IMG/VR virus record: IMGVR_UViG_3300021082_000062
Location: 1 to 40,952 of that record
Source: a virus
Taxonomy: Duplodnaviria > Caudoviricetes
Direction: 5' to 3' (one strand)
DNA: 40,952 nucleotides
Shown here: in pieces, positions 18,448 through 27,092 of the stretch
Position numbering within the stretch: the stretch's first letter is position 1
Layout of the letters: each line of letters starts with the position of its first letter
Notes under the pieces: generated by a model
Told to the model about the DNA's origin: nothing
What the model saw: the letters and a program-made list of their open reading frames with translations, nothing else
Database searches by the model: none
Position numbers and translations under genes: made by a program

Positions 18448-18476
18448 TTGACGCCCTATCAGATTTTCTGAATGAT
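18448..18476 (+). promoter_or_regulatory. Rightward early promoter (PR-like) containing operator OR1 (18459..18471)
   Basis: TTGACG-N17-AATGAT with TCAGATTTTCTGA in the spacer. Confidence 0.7.
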
Positions 18477-18483
18477 AGGAAGC

Positions 18484-18720
18484 ATGAAGTCAGCCATTCG
18501 CCCCATCCATACCGTGACTGATGTCATTCAAGCCTTCGGCGGATACTCGGAGGCGGTCATCCTGTTCGGCGTATCCCGCAGCCTGTTGAGCCGGTGGGAA
18601 ATCGAGGGGCTGCCAGGCAAACGACTGCGGCAGATCGCGGCGCTGGCCGAGGCCAAGAAACTACCCGGCATCACCATCGAGGCGCTGGCGCGGACGGTGC
18701 CGTCCAAGGTGGCGGCCTGA
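18484..18720 (+). CDS. Cro-like regulator
   Basis: VIQAFGG.SE...FGVSRSLLSRW...GLP pattern; divergent from repressor. Confidence 0.8.
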   Translation: MKSAIRPIHTVTDVIQAFGGYSEAVILFGVSRSLLSRWEIEGLPGKRLRQIAALAEAKKLPGITIEALARTVPSKVAA

Positions 18721-18723
18721 GCG

Positions 18724-19170
18724 ATGAACAGCGGCCGGGCCTGGACCACGGAGGAGCTTGAGCGGCTGCGCGCGCTGCTCGCCGAGCGGGAGTTGGACTA
18801 TACCGGGATCGCCGTGGCGATGGGCCGGTCCAAGGACGCCATCATCGGAAAGGTGCACCGACTTAAGCTGCCGTCGCCGCCGTCGTTCTACGATCCGGCC
18901 CGTCGCGGGCCACGCGGCCAGTGGCTGTCGCCCGTGCAGCGCGTCTCGCCCGGACGTAAGCTGCCGGCGGTGGAGGGTCCGGCGCCACCACCCGCTGCGC
19001 CGGCCTACGCGCCGCCTGTGGCGGCCATACCGCCCGCCCGCGTGTGTCAGTATCCAACGTCAGCCGACAAGCCCTGGCGCTTCTGCGAGGCGCCCGTGGC
19101 CGCTGGGCGGCCGTACTGCCCGCAGCACCTGGCGGCCTGCTACATCCGCCACCGGCTGCAGGTCGCATGA
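18724..19170 (+). CDS. gcrA: GcrA-family cell-cycle regulator homologue
   Basis: WTTEELERLR...IA..MGRSKDAIIGKVHRLKL N-domain and CQYP...FC......RPYCPQH C-domain. Confidence 0.9.
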   Translation: MNSGRAWTTEELERLRALLAERELDYTGIAVAMGRSKDAIIGKVHRLKLPSPPSFYDPARRGPRGQWLSPVQRVSPGRKLPAVEGPAPPPAAPAYAPPVAAIPPARVCQYPTSADKPWRFCEAPVAAGRPYCPQHLAACYIRHRLQVA

Positions 19171-19739
19171 GTGACCGCGTCCCCGGCGGCCTCTGGCAGC
19201 CTATGCCAGACCAGCCCGTCCGGCGCGCGCACGTCGCCCGCGAGGCGGCCTTTCAACTCCAGGTCGTCCACTTCCTTGAGCGCGTGCTGGTGCCGCCGTT
19301 CTTTTATACCGCCATCGCGCACGAGAACGAGCTGACGGAGAACGCCCGTGCGCGTGCGCGTGCCAGGGGCGTACAGCCGGGGGTGCCGGATCTGTTTATC
19401 TGTCAGTCGCCGGCACGCACGCTATGGCTCGAGCTGAAGTGGGGTAAGAACAAGCCCAGCGAGGCGCAGCGTCACATCGAGGTGCGGCTGCGCGCGTGCC
19501 TGGTGCCGGCGTTCACCGCCTGGTCCATGCAGGACGCGCTCGCGGCACTCACAACGGCCGGCTTCAAGATGCACGGCAACGCGGCCAACCTGGCCACCGA
19601 ATACCAGCAGCGCGCCGAGGCGGCGGTCCTGAAGGCCGAACAGCACGCGCCGGCGCGCACCGCCACGAACAAGCCCAGGCGCACAGCAAAGCCCAGCCTG
19701 CGGGCGTTGCGCAGTGCTGCGACGAGGTTGGGATTATGA
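19167..19739 (+). CDS. VRR-NUC domain nuclease (resolvase-like)
   Basis: GVQPGVPDLFI...LWLELK...KPSEAQ motif. Confidence 0.85.
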   Translation: MSDRVPGGLWQPMPDQPVRRAHVAREAAFQLQVVHFLERVLVPPFFYTAIAHENELTENARARARARGVQPGVPDLFICQSPARTLWLELKWGKNKPSEAQRHIEVRLRACLVPAFTAWSMQDALAALTTAGFKMHGNAANLATEYQQRAEAAVLKAEQHAPARTATNKPRRTAKPSLRALRSAATRLGL

Positions 19740-20044
19740 GCGCCATTACCGTCCCGCTCCACTGCGTCGGGCCCGACGCCTATGAGGGTGAGCTAGGCTC
19801 GCTCGCCATCCACATCCGTATCACCGGCCGCAACGCCGCGCGCATCGGACTGTGGATGCCGCACGGCTGGGGTCGCAATCCGTGTGGCAGCGGCACGCTC
19901 ACGCGATACGACGACAACGCCTGGACCGGCACCGCCGAGAATACCGTGGCCAAGCGACGGTGGCGCATATCCGGCAATCCGGAGGGCGGCACGCTGATCT
20001 TTGAGAATGACGGCGGGCCTTCGCCCGTCGCATCGGCTGCGTGA
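19736..20044 (+). CDS. Hypothetical protein
   Basis: ATGA-coupled 102-aa ORF. Confidence 0.55.
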   Translation: MSAITVPLHCVGPDAYEGELGSLAIHIRITGRNAARIGLWMPHGWGRNPCGSGTLTRYDDNAWTGTAENTVAKRRWRISGNPEGGTLIFENDGGPSPVASAA

Positions 20045-20066
20045 GCGGCTGTAACCCAGCGGAAGG

Positions 20067-20993
20067 ATGATTCCGATGCCGGAAGGCGTGGCTACACTTA
20101 CCAAGCGTAAATCCAGACTGACCGCGGTCTCTCCGGAGACGGTCGAACCCAAGAAGCCCAAGGCTCTGGTGTTTGGGCCACCAGGCGTTGGCAAGACGTG
20201 GTTCTCCATTGACTTCCCCTCAGTGTACTACTTCGATACCGAGGGTGGCGCCGATCTGAACCACTACCGCGAGAAACTGAAGAAGGCAGGCGGCGCCTAC
20301 TTCGGCCCTGATCAGGGCTCGCTCGACTTCGAGGCAGTCATCAGCCAGGTGCAGGCGCTGGCCACTGAAAAGCACCCCTACCGCACGATGGTTTTTGATT
20401 CGGCCACCAAGCTGTTTAACAACGCGATCAGCGAAGAGGGCGAGCGCCTCGGCGACAAGGACGTGTTCGGCGCCTCCAAGAAGCCAGCGGTGCGCCAGAT
20501 GGCCCGCCTGGTGCGCTGGGTCTCGCGCGCCGACATGAACGCCATTTTTATCTGCCACCAGAAAGACGAGTGGGGCATCGTCAACGGCAAGCGTGAAACC
20601 ATCGGCTGGACGTTCGATTGCTACGATAAGCTGGCCTATGACCTGCATCTCGTGCTCCGCATCGATCGCATCGGCTCGGGCGAGACTGCCCGGCGTTTTG
20701 CCCACATCGGCAAGTCCAGGCTGCTCGGCTTCCCGGAGGGTGGGCGCTTCGAGCTGTCCTATGACGAGTTCGCCAATCGCTACGGGCGTGAGATCCTCGA
20801 GAACGATGTGAAGCAGATCATCCTGGCGAACGAGGAGCAGGTCGCCGAGGTGAAGCGGCTGCTCGAGGTCGTGAAACTACCAGACGGCACTGTGGAGAAA
20901 TGGTTCACCAAGGCTGGCGTGGATGCCTGGGAAGAAATGGACGGCGCGATTATCGCCAAGTGCATCACGTCATTGAGGGAGCGGGTCGTATGA
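20067..20993 (+). CDS. AAA_24 / Sak4-like ssDNA-annealing ATPase
   Basis: Walker A GPPGVGKT, FDTEGG, MVFDS Walker B, FICH motifs. Confidence 0.85.
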   Translation: MIPMPEGVATLTKRKSRLTAVSPETVEPKKPKALVFGPPGVGKTWFSIDFPSVYYFDTEGGADLNHYREKLKKAGGAYFGPDQGSLDFEAVISQVQALATEKHPYRTMVFDSATKLFNNAISEEGERLGDKDVFGASKKPAVRQMARLVRWVSRADMNAIFICHQKDEWGIVNGKRETIGWTFDCYDKLAYDLHLVLRIDRIGSGETARRFAHIGKSRLLGFPEGGRFELSYDEFANRYGREILENDVKQIILANEEQVAEVKRLLEVVKLPDGTVEKWFTKAGVDAWEEMDGAIIAKCITSLRERVV

Positions 20994-21484
20994 GGTTCCA
21001 GCCCAGGACTGAAGCTGACATCAAGGCTGAGTCAAATCAAAGAAACCTCTGGCCCAAGGGCACATACGACTTCGAAGTCGTGAGTGCCTCCGATGAGGTG
21101 TCCAAGAGCGGCAACGACATGATCAAGTTGGTGCTCAAGGTCTACGATGCATCCGGTAATTCCCAGATGGTCTGGGACTATCTCCTCGAGGCCATGGCGG
21201 CAAAGCTGGTTCATGCCTGCGACGCGCTGGGTCTGAATGACCGCTATGACAGCGGCGAACTGGACGCCAGCGACTTCGACGGCAAGGCCGGCCAGGTCAT
21301 CCTCTACATCCAGAAGGGACAGAACGGTTACCCCGACAAGAATGCGGTTGCTGACTATGTGAGACCGAAGGGCGGGGCTGCCGCGCACGCGGTTACGCCG
21401 CGGGTGCCTGCCGCCGTGGCGGCGCGAGCGAAGGGCGGCGGTGATATAGACGACGAAATCCCGTTCGCTGCGTGCTGGCAGTAG
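20990..21484 (+). CDS. SSB-like protein (DUF669-type)
   Basis: PKGTYDFEV...SKSGNDMIKL and acidic DDEIPF tail; follows Sak4-like gene. Confidence 0.8.
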   Translation: MRFQPRTEADIKAESNQRNLWPKGTYDFEVVSASDEVSKSGNDMIKLVLKVYDASGNSQMVWDYLLEAMAAKLVHACDALGLNDRYDSGELDASDFDGKAGQVILYIQKGQNGYPDKNAVADYVRPKGGAAAHAVTPRVPAAVAARAKGGGDIDDEIPFAACWQ

Positions 21485-21490
21485 CCGCTG

Positions 21491-21691
21491 ATGACGGCTC
21501 GATACACTGGACGTCTGGAGCGTGCTGCTGACGGCACGATCACCGGGTATCTGATGGACGAGTGGCAGTGGCGGATCACGTTGTTTGCGACGCGCGATCC
21601 GGCGGGCGGTTACACGCTCTCCGGCGTGCTGGGTGAGCCGCCCGAGGCGTTGGGCATTTCGTTGCCGGATCGGGCGGAGGGGGGTGCATGA
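21491..21691 (+). CDS. Hypothetical protein
   Basis: Operon position, ATGA overlap with primase. Confidence 0.55.
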   Translation: MTARYTGRLERAADGTITGYLMDEWQWRITLFATRDPAGGYTLSGVLGEPPEALGISLPDRAEGGA

Positions 21692-22500
21692 TCCCGCCTG
21701 ACATCGAGCGTGTGGCGTTGCTTGGCTGGCGGGTATATCCCGCCAGTCGCATCTCGAGGGCGGGGTGCATCAAGCGTGGCGTCGATCTGGCCACGCATGA
21801 CCTGAACCAGATCAGCCGGTGGTCGCACGAGTTCCCCGGCTGCAACTGGCGCGTGGTCATGCAGGGTTCCGGCATCTGGGGTCTGGATCTGGATGTGCCG
21901 CCAGGCCACGTCCACGACGGCATCGCCGCGCTGGCGGATCTGGTCGCGCAGCACGGCGAGTTGCCGCCGCGTCCCATGGCCCGCTCGGGCGGCGGCGGGC
22001 TGGGCTTGTTCTTTGAGCACACCGCCGAGAAGATCATCGGCGAGGGCGGCCATCCTGCTCCCGGCATCGACCCGCGGCGCGGACGGCAGAGCCAGACCAT
22101 CCCGCCCTCCATCCACATCGTCACAGGGCGCCCGTACCGGTGGCTGGTGCCGCCCTGGGAGGTTACCCCCCCCAAGGCGCCTTCCTGGCTCCTGCGGGCG
22201 TTGGAGCCTCCGCCAGAGCCGGCCTGGCGCCGGCCTGTGATTGATACCAGCGACGCGGCGCGTGCCGGGCTGTATCGGGCGGTCTTGCGGGCGATCCACG
22301 CACCGCCAGGCCAGCGCAATGCGGTGTTGAACCGGTCGGCATTTCGTGTCGGCGCGTTGATCGGCACCGGTCTGCTTGGTCACCAGGAGGCGGTGAACGC
22401 GCTGTATGGTGCCGGTCGTGCGGCCGGGCTCGATCACCGGGAAATCAGGGACACGTTGCGGTCGGGCATTGCCGCTGGAGTGCGCCACCATGGCAGATGA
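21688..22500 (+). CDS. Bifunctional primase-polymerase (Prim-Pol) domain protein
   Basis: GWRVYP...AT.D...W...P.CNW...LDLD...SGGGG...F motifs; C-terminal GQRN..LN. Confidence 0.85.
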   Translation: MIPPDIERVALLGWRVYPASRISRAGCIKRGVDLATHDLNQISRWSHEFPGCNWRVVMQGSGIWGLDLDVPPGHVHDGIAALADLVAQHGELPPRPMARSGGGGLGLFFEHTAEKIIGEGGHPAPGIDPRRGRQSQTIPPSIHIVTGRPYRWLVPPWEVTPPKAPSWLLRALEPPPEPAWRRPVIDTSDAARAGLYRAVLRAIHAPPGQRNAVLNRSAFRVGALIGTGLLGHQEAVNALYGAGRAAGLDHREIRDTLRSGIAAGVRHHGR

Positions 22501-23749
22501 TGAATTTGAGGCGTTTCGGCACGGCGCGCATAGTTGGGAGAGCCGCCTGGCGGTGACGGAGAAGGGCGTGGTCCTGCCCACGGTCTCCAATGCGATGCTC
22601 ATCCTGGGCAACGATCCGGCTTTGGCCGGGACGCTGGGGTTCAACGACTTCACCTCGCAGCACCTGCTGATGCGTCCCGCGCCAGCGTCGGAGGGGGTAG
22701 AGCTGCCAGGCCCTTATCCCAGGGCCTGGGAGGCCGCGGATGTCATTCTGATCCAGAGCTACATGCAGCGCGTCTGGAGCCAGAAATTTACCCGCTCCAC
22801 TGTCGAGGACGCGATGCTGGCCGAGGCGTCTTCCCACCGGTTTCATCCTGTCTTGGATTGGCTGGGCAGCCTGCGGTGGGATGGCATTGGCCGCCTTGAT
22901 GTGTGGCTGTGTGCTGCGTTCGACTGTGACGACACGCCATACGTCCGCGCGATCGCCGCCAAGGTGCTGATTGCCGCCGTGCGTCGCGTGCGCCAGCCTG
23001 GTTGCAAGTTCGATTACATGCTGGTGCTGGAGGGCGCCCAGGGCATCGGCAAATCGGAAGCATTGCGCCGTCTGTTTGGTCCGGACTGGTTCTCCGACGA
23101 CATGCCGCTGGACCTGGCCAACAAGGATGCCGCTATGGCTCTTTTGGGGGTCTGGTGCCTAGAGTTCGCTGAGATCGAGCACTTGATCCGGGCCGAGGTG
23201 GAGACCATCAAGGCGTTCCTGTCGCGCTCCACCGACCGCTACCGGCCGCCCTACGCGCGCGCGTTTGTCGAACGGCCCCGCCAGGGCGTGCTCATCGGCA
23301 CGACAAACTCCGACGACTACCTGCGCGACGTTTCAGGTAACCGGCGCATCTGGCCAGCGAAGTGCAATTGTGCCTCGCCAGAGTGGGTGTCCGCCAATCG
23401 CGGGCAGCTCTGGGCCGAGGCCGTTGTGCGGGAGCGCCAGGGAGAGCCGGTCTGGCTGGATGATGACATTGTCCAAGCGGCGGCCGTCGAGGCTCAGTCT
23501 GGTCGGATGTTCGTGGATAGCTGGCTTGATGTCGTCGCCAGGTGGGTCGAGGGACGGGACGAAACGACAGTCCCTGACATTCTGTCCCAGGCCCTCGATG
23601 TTCCCTTGGAGCGACATGACAAACGCCAGCAAATGAGGGTGGGCACAATCCTCCGCCTCCTCGGATGGCAGAGAATCGTCAAGCGAACAGGGTCGGTAAC
23701 AAGACGCGTCTGGCTCCCCTCAAATGAGGGGGTAGATGACCTCTTTTGA
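22490..23749 (+). CDS. VapE/VirE-family P-loop helicase
   Basis: FHPV.DWL..L.WDG..RLD, PGCKFD..LVLEGAQGIGKS, D.YRPPY, GTTN...L.D.SGNRR.WP. Confidence 0.9.
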   Translation: MADDEFEAFRHGAHSWESRLAVTEKGVVLPTVSNAMLILGNDPALAGTLGFNDFTSQHLLMRPAPASEGVELPGPYPRAWEAADVILIQSYMQRVWSQKFTRSTVEDAMLAEASSHRFHPVLDWLGSLRWDGIGRLDVWLCAAFDCDDTPYVRAIAAKVLIAAVRRVRQPGCKFDYMLVLEGAQGIGKSEALRRLFGPDWFSDDMPLDLANKDAAMALLGVWCLEFAEIEHLIRAEVETIKAFLSRSTDRYRPPYARAFVERPRQGVLIGTTNSDDYLRDVSGNRRIWPAKCNCASPEWVSANRGQLWAEAVVRERQGEPVWLDDDIVQAAAVEAQSGRMFVDSWLDVVARWVEGRDETTVPDILSQALDVPLERHDKRQQMRVGTILRLLGWQRIVKRTGSVTRRVWLPSNEGVDDLF

Positions 23750-23750
23750 C

Positions 23751-23951
23751 ATTCTCTAACATTCTCTAACAAACATGGCGCTCTGTTACCACAAAAACCT
23801 TGGCAGGTGGTTGCAAAAATGATTAACGAAATCAGTCTTGTGTCCTCTGTTACCACGTTACCACATATATTAATGATGTGTATATATAGGTGATATGGGG
23901 GGATATATAGGGATGGGGTGGTTTAGTGGAAACAGTGGAAACAGTGGAAAC
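23751..23951. repeat. Probable replication origin with iterons
   Basis: ATTCTCTAAC x2; GTTACCAC x3 left and AGTGGAAAC x3 right (near reverse complements) around a TATA-rich tract, directly after helicase. Confidence 0.75.
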
Positions 23952-23965
23952 ATGGTGCGCACCAA

Positions 23966-24583
23966 ATGACCGCGCCGCTTGACGGACACGCCCAGGCTGG
24001 CATAGTCGCCAACCAGAACGACAGCACGGACAGCCGAGCCAGTCTGCGCGTGCCGTGCTGCGGCAATGGTGCGCCTGGTTATTGGTGCGTCGCTCACACC
24101 GAGCCACAGGCGGAACACTGGGCTAACGATAATCTCCAACGCCTCGGCTACACCACGTTCCTGCCACTCATCGCCACATACCGCCGCAATCACGTCACAC
24201 ACCGCCGCACCGTCCTAACCCTCGCGCCACTGTTCAGCCGCTACCTGTTCGTCGCCAATGATAACGCCAACGCCTGGCGCCCAATCCGCGAGGCCCCAGG
24301 CGTCCAAAACGTCATCACGATAGCAGGGAAGGCGCAGTATGCCCGTGCGGGCGCCGTGGAGGCGCTACAGGCCCTCGAGCACACGCGCCGCCAGCTACCC
24401 GCCAGGCGGACGGTAGGCGCCGTGGGGGACGCTGTGGCGGTTCGCTACGGTATCGTGGCCGGACACCGCGGTGTCATTACCAGCGTCAGCAGGGACACCG
24501 CCCATATCGCGCTGCTCTTCCTGGGGCAACTGCGGGATGTCCGGCTGCCGTTGGACTGCCTCTCGCCCGTAGCGGTCGAGTAG
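23966..24583 (+). CDS. NusG/RfaH-family antiterminator
   Basis: NGN domain (WCVAHT.P..E..A..NL...G...FLP...PLFSRYLFV) and KOW (VGDAV.V..G..AG..G.I). True start may be later. Confidence 0.9.
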   Translation: MTAPLDGHAQAGIVANQNDSTDSRASLRVPCCGNGAPGYWCVAHTEPQAEHWANDNLQRLGYTTFLPLIATYRRNHVTHRRTVLTLAPLFSRYLFVANDNANAWRPIREAPGVQNVITIAGKAQYARAGAVEALQALEHTRRQLPARRTVGAVGDAVAVRYGIVAGHRGVITSVSRDTAHIALLFLGQLRDVRLPLDCLSPVAVE

Positions 24584-24772
24584 GGGTGGCGGCGGATGCG
24601 CCTCGTGGTACTTGGCCAGATCCTCGAGCCAGTGGCTGATCGCCCAAGGCGGCCGATGGATGCCCTTGCACCAGCGCCATATCGTCTGTCGGTTCCTGCC
24701 GGTGATGGCAACCAGCTTGGGCTGTGACCAGCCGATGGTGGCCAGCCATGTGCGTATATCGGGCTGCAACAT
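24395..24772 (-). CDS. XRE-type HTH protein, convergent with and overlapping nusG paralogue
   Basis: LATIGWSQPKLVAITGRNRQTIWRW..G...PP HTH pattern. Confidence 0.65.
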   Translation of the reverse strand: MLQPDIRTWLATIGWSQPKLVAITGRNRQTIWRWCKGIHRPPWAISHWLEDLAKYHEAHPPPPLLDRYGREAVQRQPDIPQLPQEEQRDMGGVPADAGNDTAVSGHDTVANRHSVPHGAYRPPGG

Positions 24773-24804
24773 GCAAGGCGTCCTGCCTGAGTGACGTAAA
24801 TGTA

Positions 24805-24816
24805 GGCGGTAGCGTG
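24805..24816 (+). promoter_or_regulatory. ops-like element GGCGGTAGCGTG
   Basis: Exact match to RfaH ops consensus GGCGGTAGnnTG between NusG paralogue and terS. Confidence 0.5.
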
Positions 24817-24844
24817 ACGCTACGTGTAGGCGGGGTGTTACAGA

Positions 24845-25216
24845 TTGTCAGCGTCAGAAAATACTAAACTAAAGCGCCCAACGCCCGGCGTGAGGCCGCC
24901 GCAGCTCACTGGGCGGCCTCGCGGCGTGCCAAACAAGATCAATCGCGACGTTCGCGAAATGATCTTTGAGGCTCTCAATAGGGTTGGTGGGGCGCGATAT
25001 CTAGCCCGCCGGGCAGAGGACAACCCGGTTGCGTTCATGTCGCTGTTGGGCAAGGTATTGCCGACGCATATCGTGGGCGGCGAGGGTTCGGACGTGTCGC
25101 TGCACCTCATTGCGGCCGGCATTGTGAGCCAGCAGCTACTCGAGGCGCGGCTCGAGCCTGGCCCGCAACAGCTCGAGGCGACCGCGATCGACCTGGCCAA
25201 ACAGCCCACGGAATAG
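24845..25216 (+). CDS. terS: Terminase small subunit
   Basis: GRPRGVPNK...I.EAL...GG..YL...A..NP.AFMSLLGKVLP; TTG start uncertain. Confidence 0.8.
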   Translation: MSASENTKLKRPTPGVRPPQLTGRPRGVPNKINRDVREMIFEALNRVGGARYLARRAEDNPVAFMSLLGKVLPTHIVGGEGSDVSLHLIAAGIVSQQLLEARLEPGPQQLEATAIDLAKQPTE

Positions 25217-25217
25217 C

Positions 25218-25797
25218 GTTGTCAGCTACTATAGCTGGCAGCGAATGCGCAGATATCGCTGCGGCGCAGGCATAACTGCGATATCCGGGTAAGCGTTTAC
25301 CCGTGATTTACCCAGGAACGGAAGGGCCGAAGCGGCCCTAGTTCTGCCAACCCATTGATATTGCTCGAATGCTGTATGTGATGCGTTTGCACGGCGCATT
25401 GCCGGGGCTGGACGTGGTCAAGCTGGGTCAATCGGCATGGCCAGACCATCGATGTGTGTCTGTTCGAGGGATGGTGCGCAAGCACTTTGGCCCAGGCGTC
25501 AGGGTAGAGTTGGTGCGTGTGATACGGGACAGGCGGGGTGGTGAGCGTGCGTTACATGCCCGCTTTGCCGATCGTCGCCTGGTGTCTGAGTTCTTCCTGT
25601 TCCACCCTGACATGCTCACACACCAGCCAAGGGCCAGGTAGATCGGACCGGGGGTGGTACCCCCCTCGATGGGACCCAAGCGGGTAAGCACTGGTGTCAC
25701 ACCCATTTCCCCCGCCATCCGAATCCGAGCTGTATATACACGCCGCATTTTCGTCGTCGCGCCAGAATCAGCGTCGTATATACACGCGTAGACACGC
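25218..25797. other. Candidate packaging-initiation region
   Basis: Hairpins, exact IHF consensus CAACCCATTGATA (25348..25360), GGGGG-TGGTA-CCCCCC (25650..25665), GTATATACACGC x2 (25732, 25776) between terS and terL. Confidence 0.45.
25369..25641 (+). CDS. T5orf172/MUG113-type GIY-YIG nuclease-like protein
   Basis: LYVM...VKLGQS..P..R...ERALH.RF...R..SEFF. Confidence 0.75.
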   Translation: MLYVMRLHGALPGLDVVKLGQSAWPDHRCVSVRGMVRKHFGPGVRVELVRVIRDRRGGERALHARFADRRLVSEFFLFHPDMLTHQPRAR

Positions 25798-26052
25798 ACG
25801 CCGGAACGGACGCAGCGCAGCACCGCGTCCTAAACTGTGGCCCCGAGGTGACCGGTGGTGCGGTCGGGGCACTGAGATCGGGGTGCCGGACGGCCTCACA
25901 CACGCGACGAACGCACGCGGCGACATGACCAGCCTCTCTAAGCGCGCCGGCCCCTGGGTAGTCAGCGGCGCGCCATGAGCAAACCGGGTCCGGCGGCAAG
26001 ACACACCGGCAAGGCTGGTCGGCGTTCACCCCCACCCACATAAGGACACCCC

Positions 26053-26721
26053 ATGCGCGCAGTACTACTAGCGGCGACGTTCATTGCGATGCCTGTGCTC
26101 GCGCACGCGATGCCGACCTGCAGCGGCGTGACGCAGACGGTGGCGAGTGGCGACACGGTGCCCACGGCGTTTTTGACCACGTCCGGCAACTGTGTGGCGG
26201 CGGGCGACAAGCTATTCGGTGATTTCGCTGTGACGGGTGCGGGCTCTGGCAGCTCGAGCTTCTCGTTCCTCGGCCCACTGAGCAACGTGACGTTGGGTTT
26301 CCAGGGCGCGATCGGGCCATCCAGTGTGGCGACGCTGCATTATCAGGTGGCGGTCAATCCGTTGATCACCACGGCGATGGCGATCATCGCGCTGCAGAAG
26401 GACTTCACGCTCAACTCTAATGTACTGGGTGCGCCGGCCACGGCGACGTTGGTGGGCGTGACCAATCCGCTGACCAACCCGCCCGTGGCGATCAGCTGCA
26501 CGCGCACGGTGAACCCCAGCACGAGCGGCTGCCCCGAGACGGACAGCTTTGCGCCCGTGCTGTCGCTGGTGATTGACGAGACTTTGACGACGGGCACGAA
26601 CGCGGTGGTGACGGCGCTGACCGACACGATTTTCCAGGCGCCCGTGGCAGAGCCGGCGACGTTGGGCATACTCGGGTTGGGCCTGCTGGGCCTGGCTGCT
26701 GTGCGGCGGCGTGCGTCATGA
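26053..26721 (+). CDS. Secreted PEP-CTERM-type (exosortase target) protein
   Basis: Signal peptide ending AHA; Thr/Ser-rich body; C-terminal VAEPATLGILGLGLLGLAAVRRR. Confidence 0.85.
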   Translation: MRAVLLAATFIAMPVLAHAMPTCSGVTQTVASGDTVPTAFLTTSGNCVAAGDKLFGDFAVTGAGSGSSSFSFLGPLSNVTLGFQGAIGPSSVATLHYQVAVNPLITTAMAIIALQKDFTLNSNVLGAPATATLVGVTNPLTNPPVAISCTRTVNPSTSGCPETDSFAPVLSLVIDETLTTGTNAVVTALTDTIFQAPVAEPATLGILGLGLLGLAAVRRRAS

Positions 26722-26725
26722 GGTG

Positions 26726-26866
26726 ATGCGGGCGGTGTCGGTCTGGTTCTGGTGGCAGATGCAGCGGGTGACGCATCCGCTCTATCGGTTGGGCCTCACC
26801 CGTCCGTATGGATGGGCGCACGTCCGGTGGCTGGCGGCGGTGTGTCGAGAGATGCAGCGTGGCTGA
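26726..26866 (+). CDS. 46-aa Trp/Arg-rich hypothetical protein
   Basis: GAGGTG before ATG; fills the gap between flanking genes. Confidence 0.4.
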   Translation: MRAVSVWFWWQMQRVTHPLYRLGLTRPYGWAHVRWLAAVCREMQRG

Positions 26867-27092
26867 TCCGCCGCCCACGGTAAACGGCAACGGCAACCAC
26901 ACCACGATTGTCGGCGCCGGGCTGAAGCTGGGGCACGGCGTGATCAATGCGTTGAGCCCTAACTTCCTCGCGTTGCTGCTGATCAATGTGCTCTTCCTCG
27001 GCACGCTGTACTGGTACGTCGATGCGAGAGCGAGACATACCGCCGAGTTGGTTGAGAAGCTGTTGAACGCGTGCCTGCAGAACAACGGGTGA
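26859..27092 (+). CDS. Small membrane protein, possible holin
   Basis: GTG start; TM FLALLLINVLFLGTLYWYV followed by amphipathic tail. Confidence 0.55.
   Translation: MADPPPTVNGNGNHTTIVGAGLKLGHGVINALSPNFLALLLINVLFLGTLYWYVDARARHTAELVEKLLNACLQNNG

Noticed and set aside
19345-19364. (CGTGCG)n short tandem repeat
   Set aside because: Encodes ARARAR in the VRR-NUC gene; 6-nt unit cannot phase-vary the frame.
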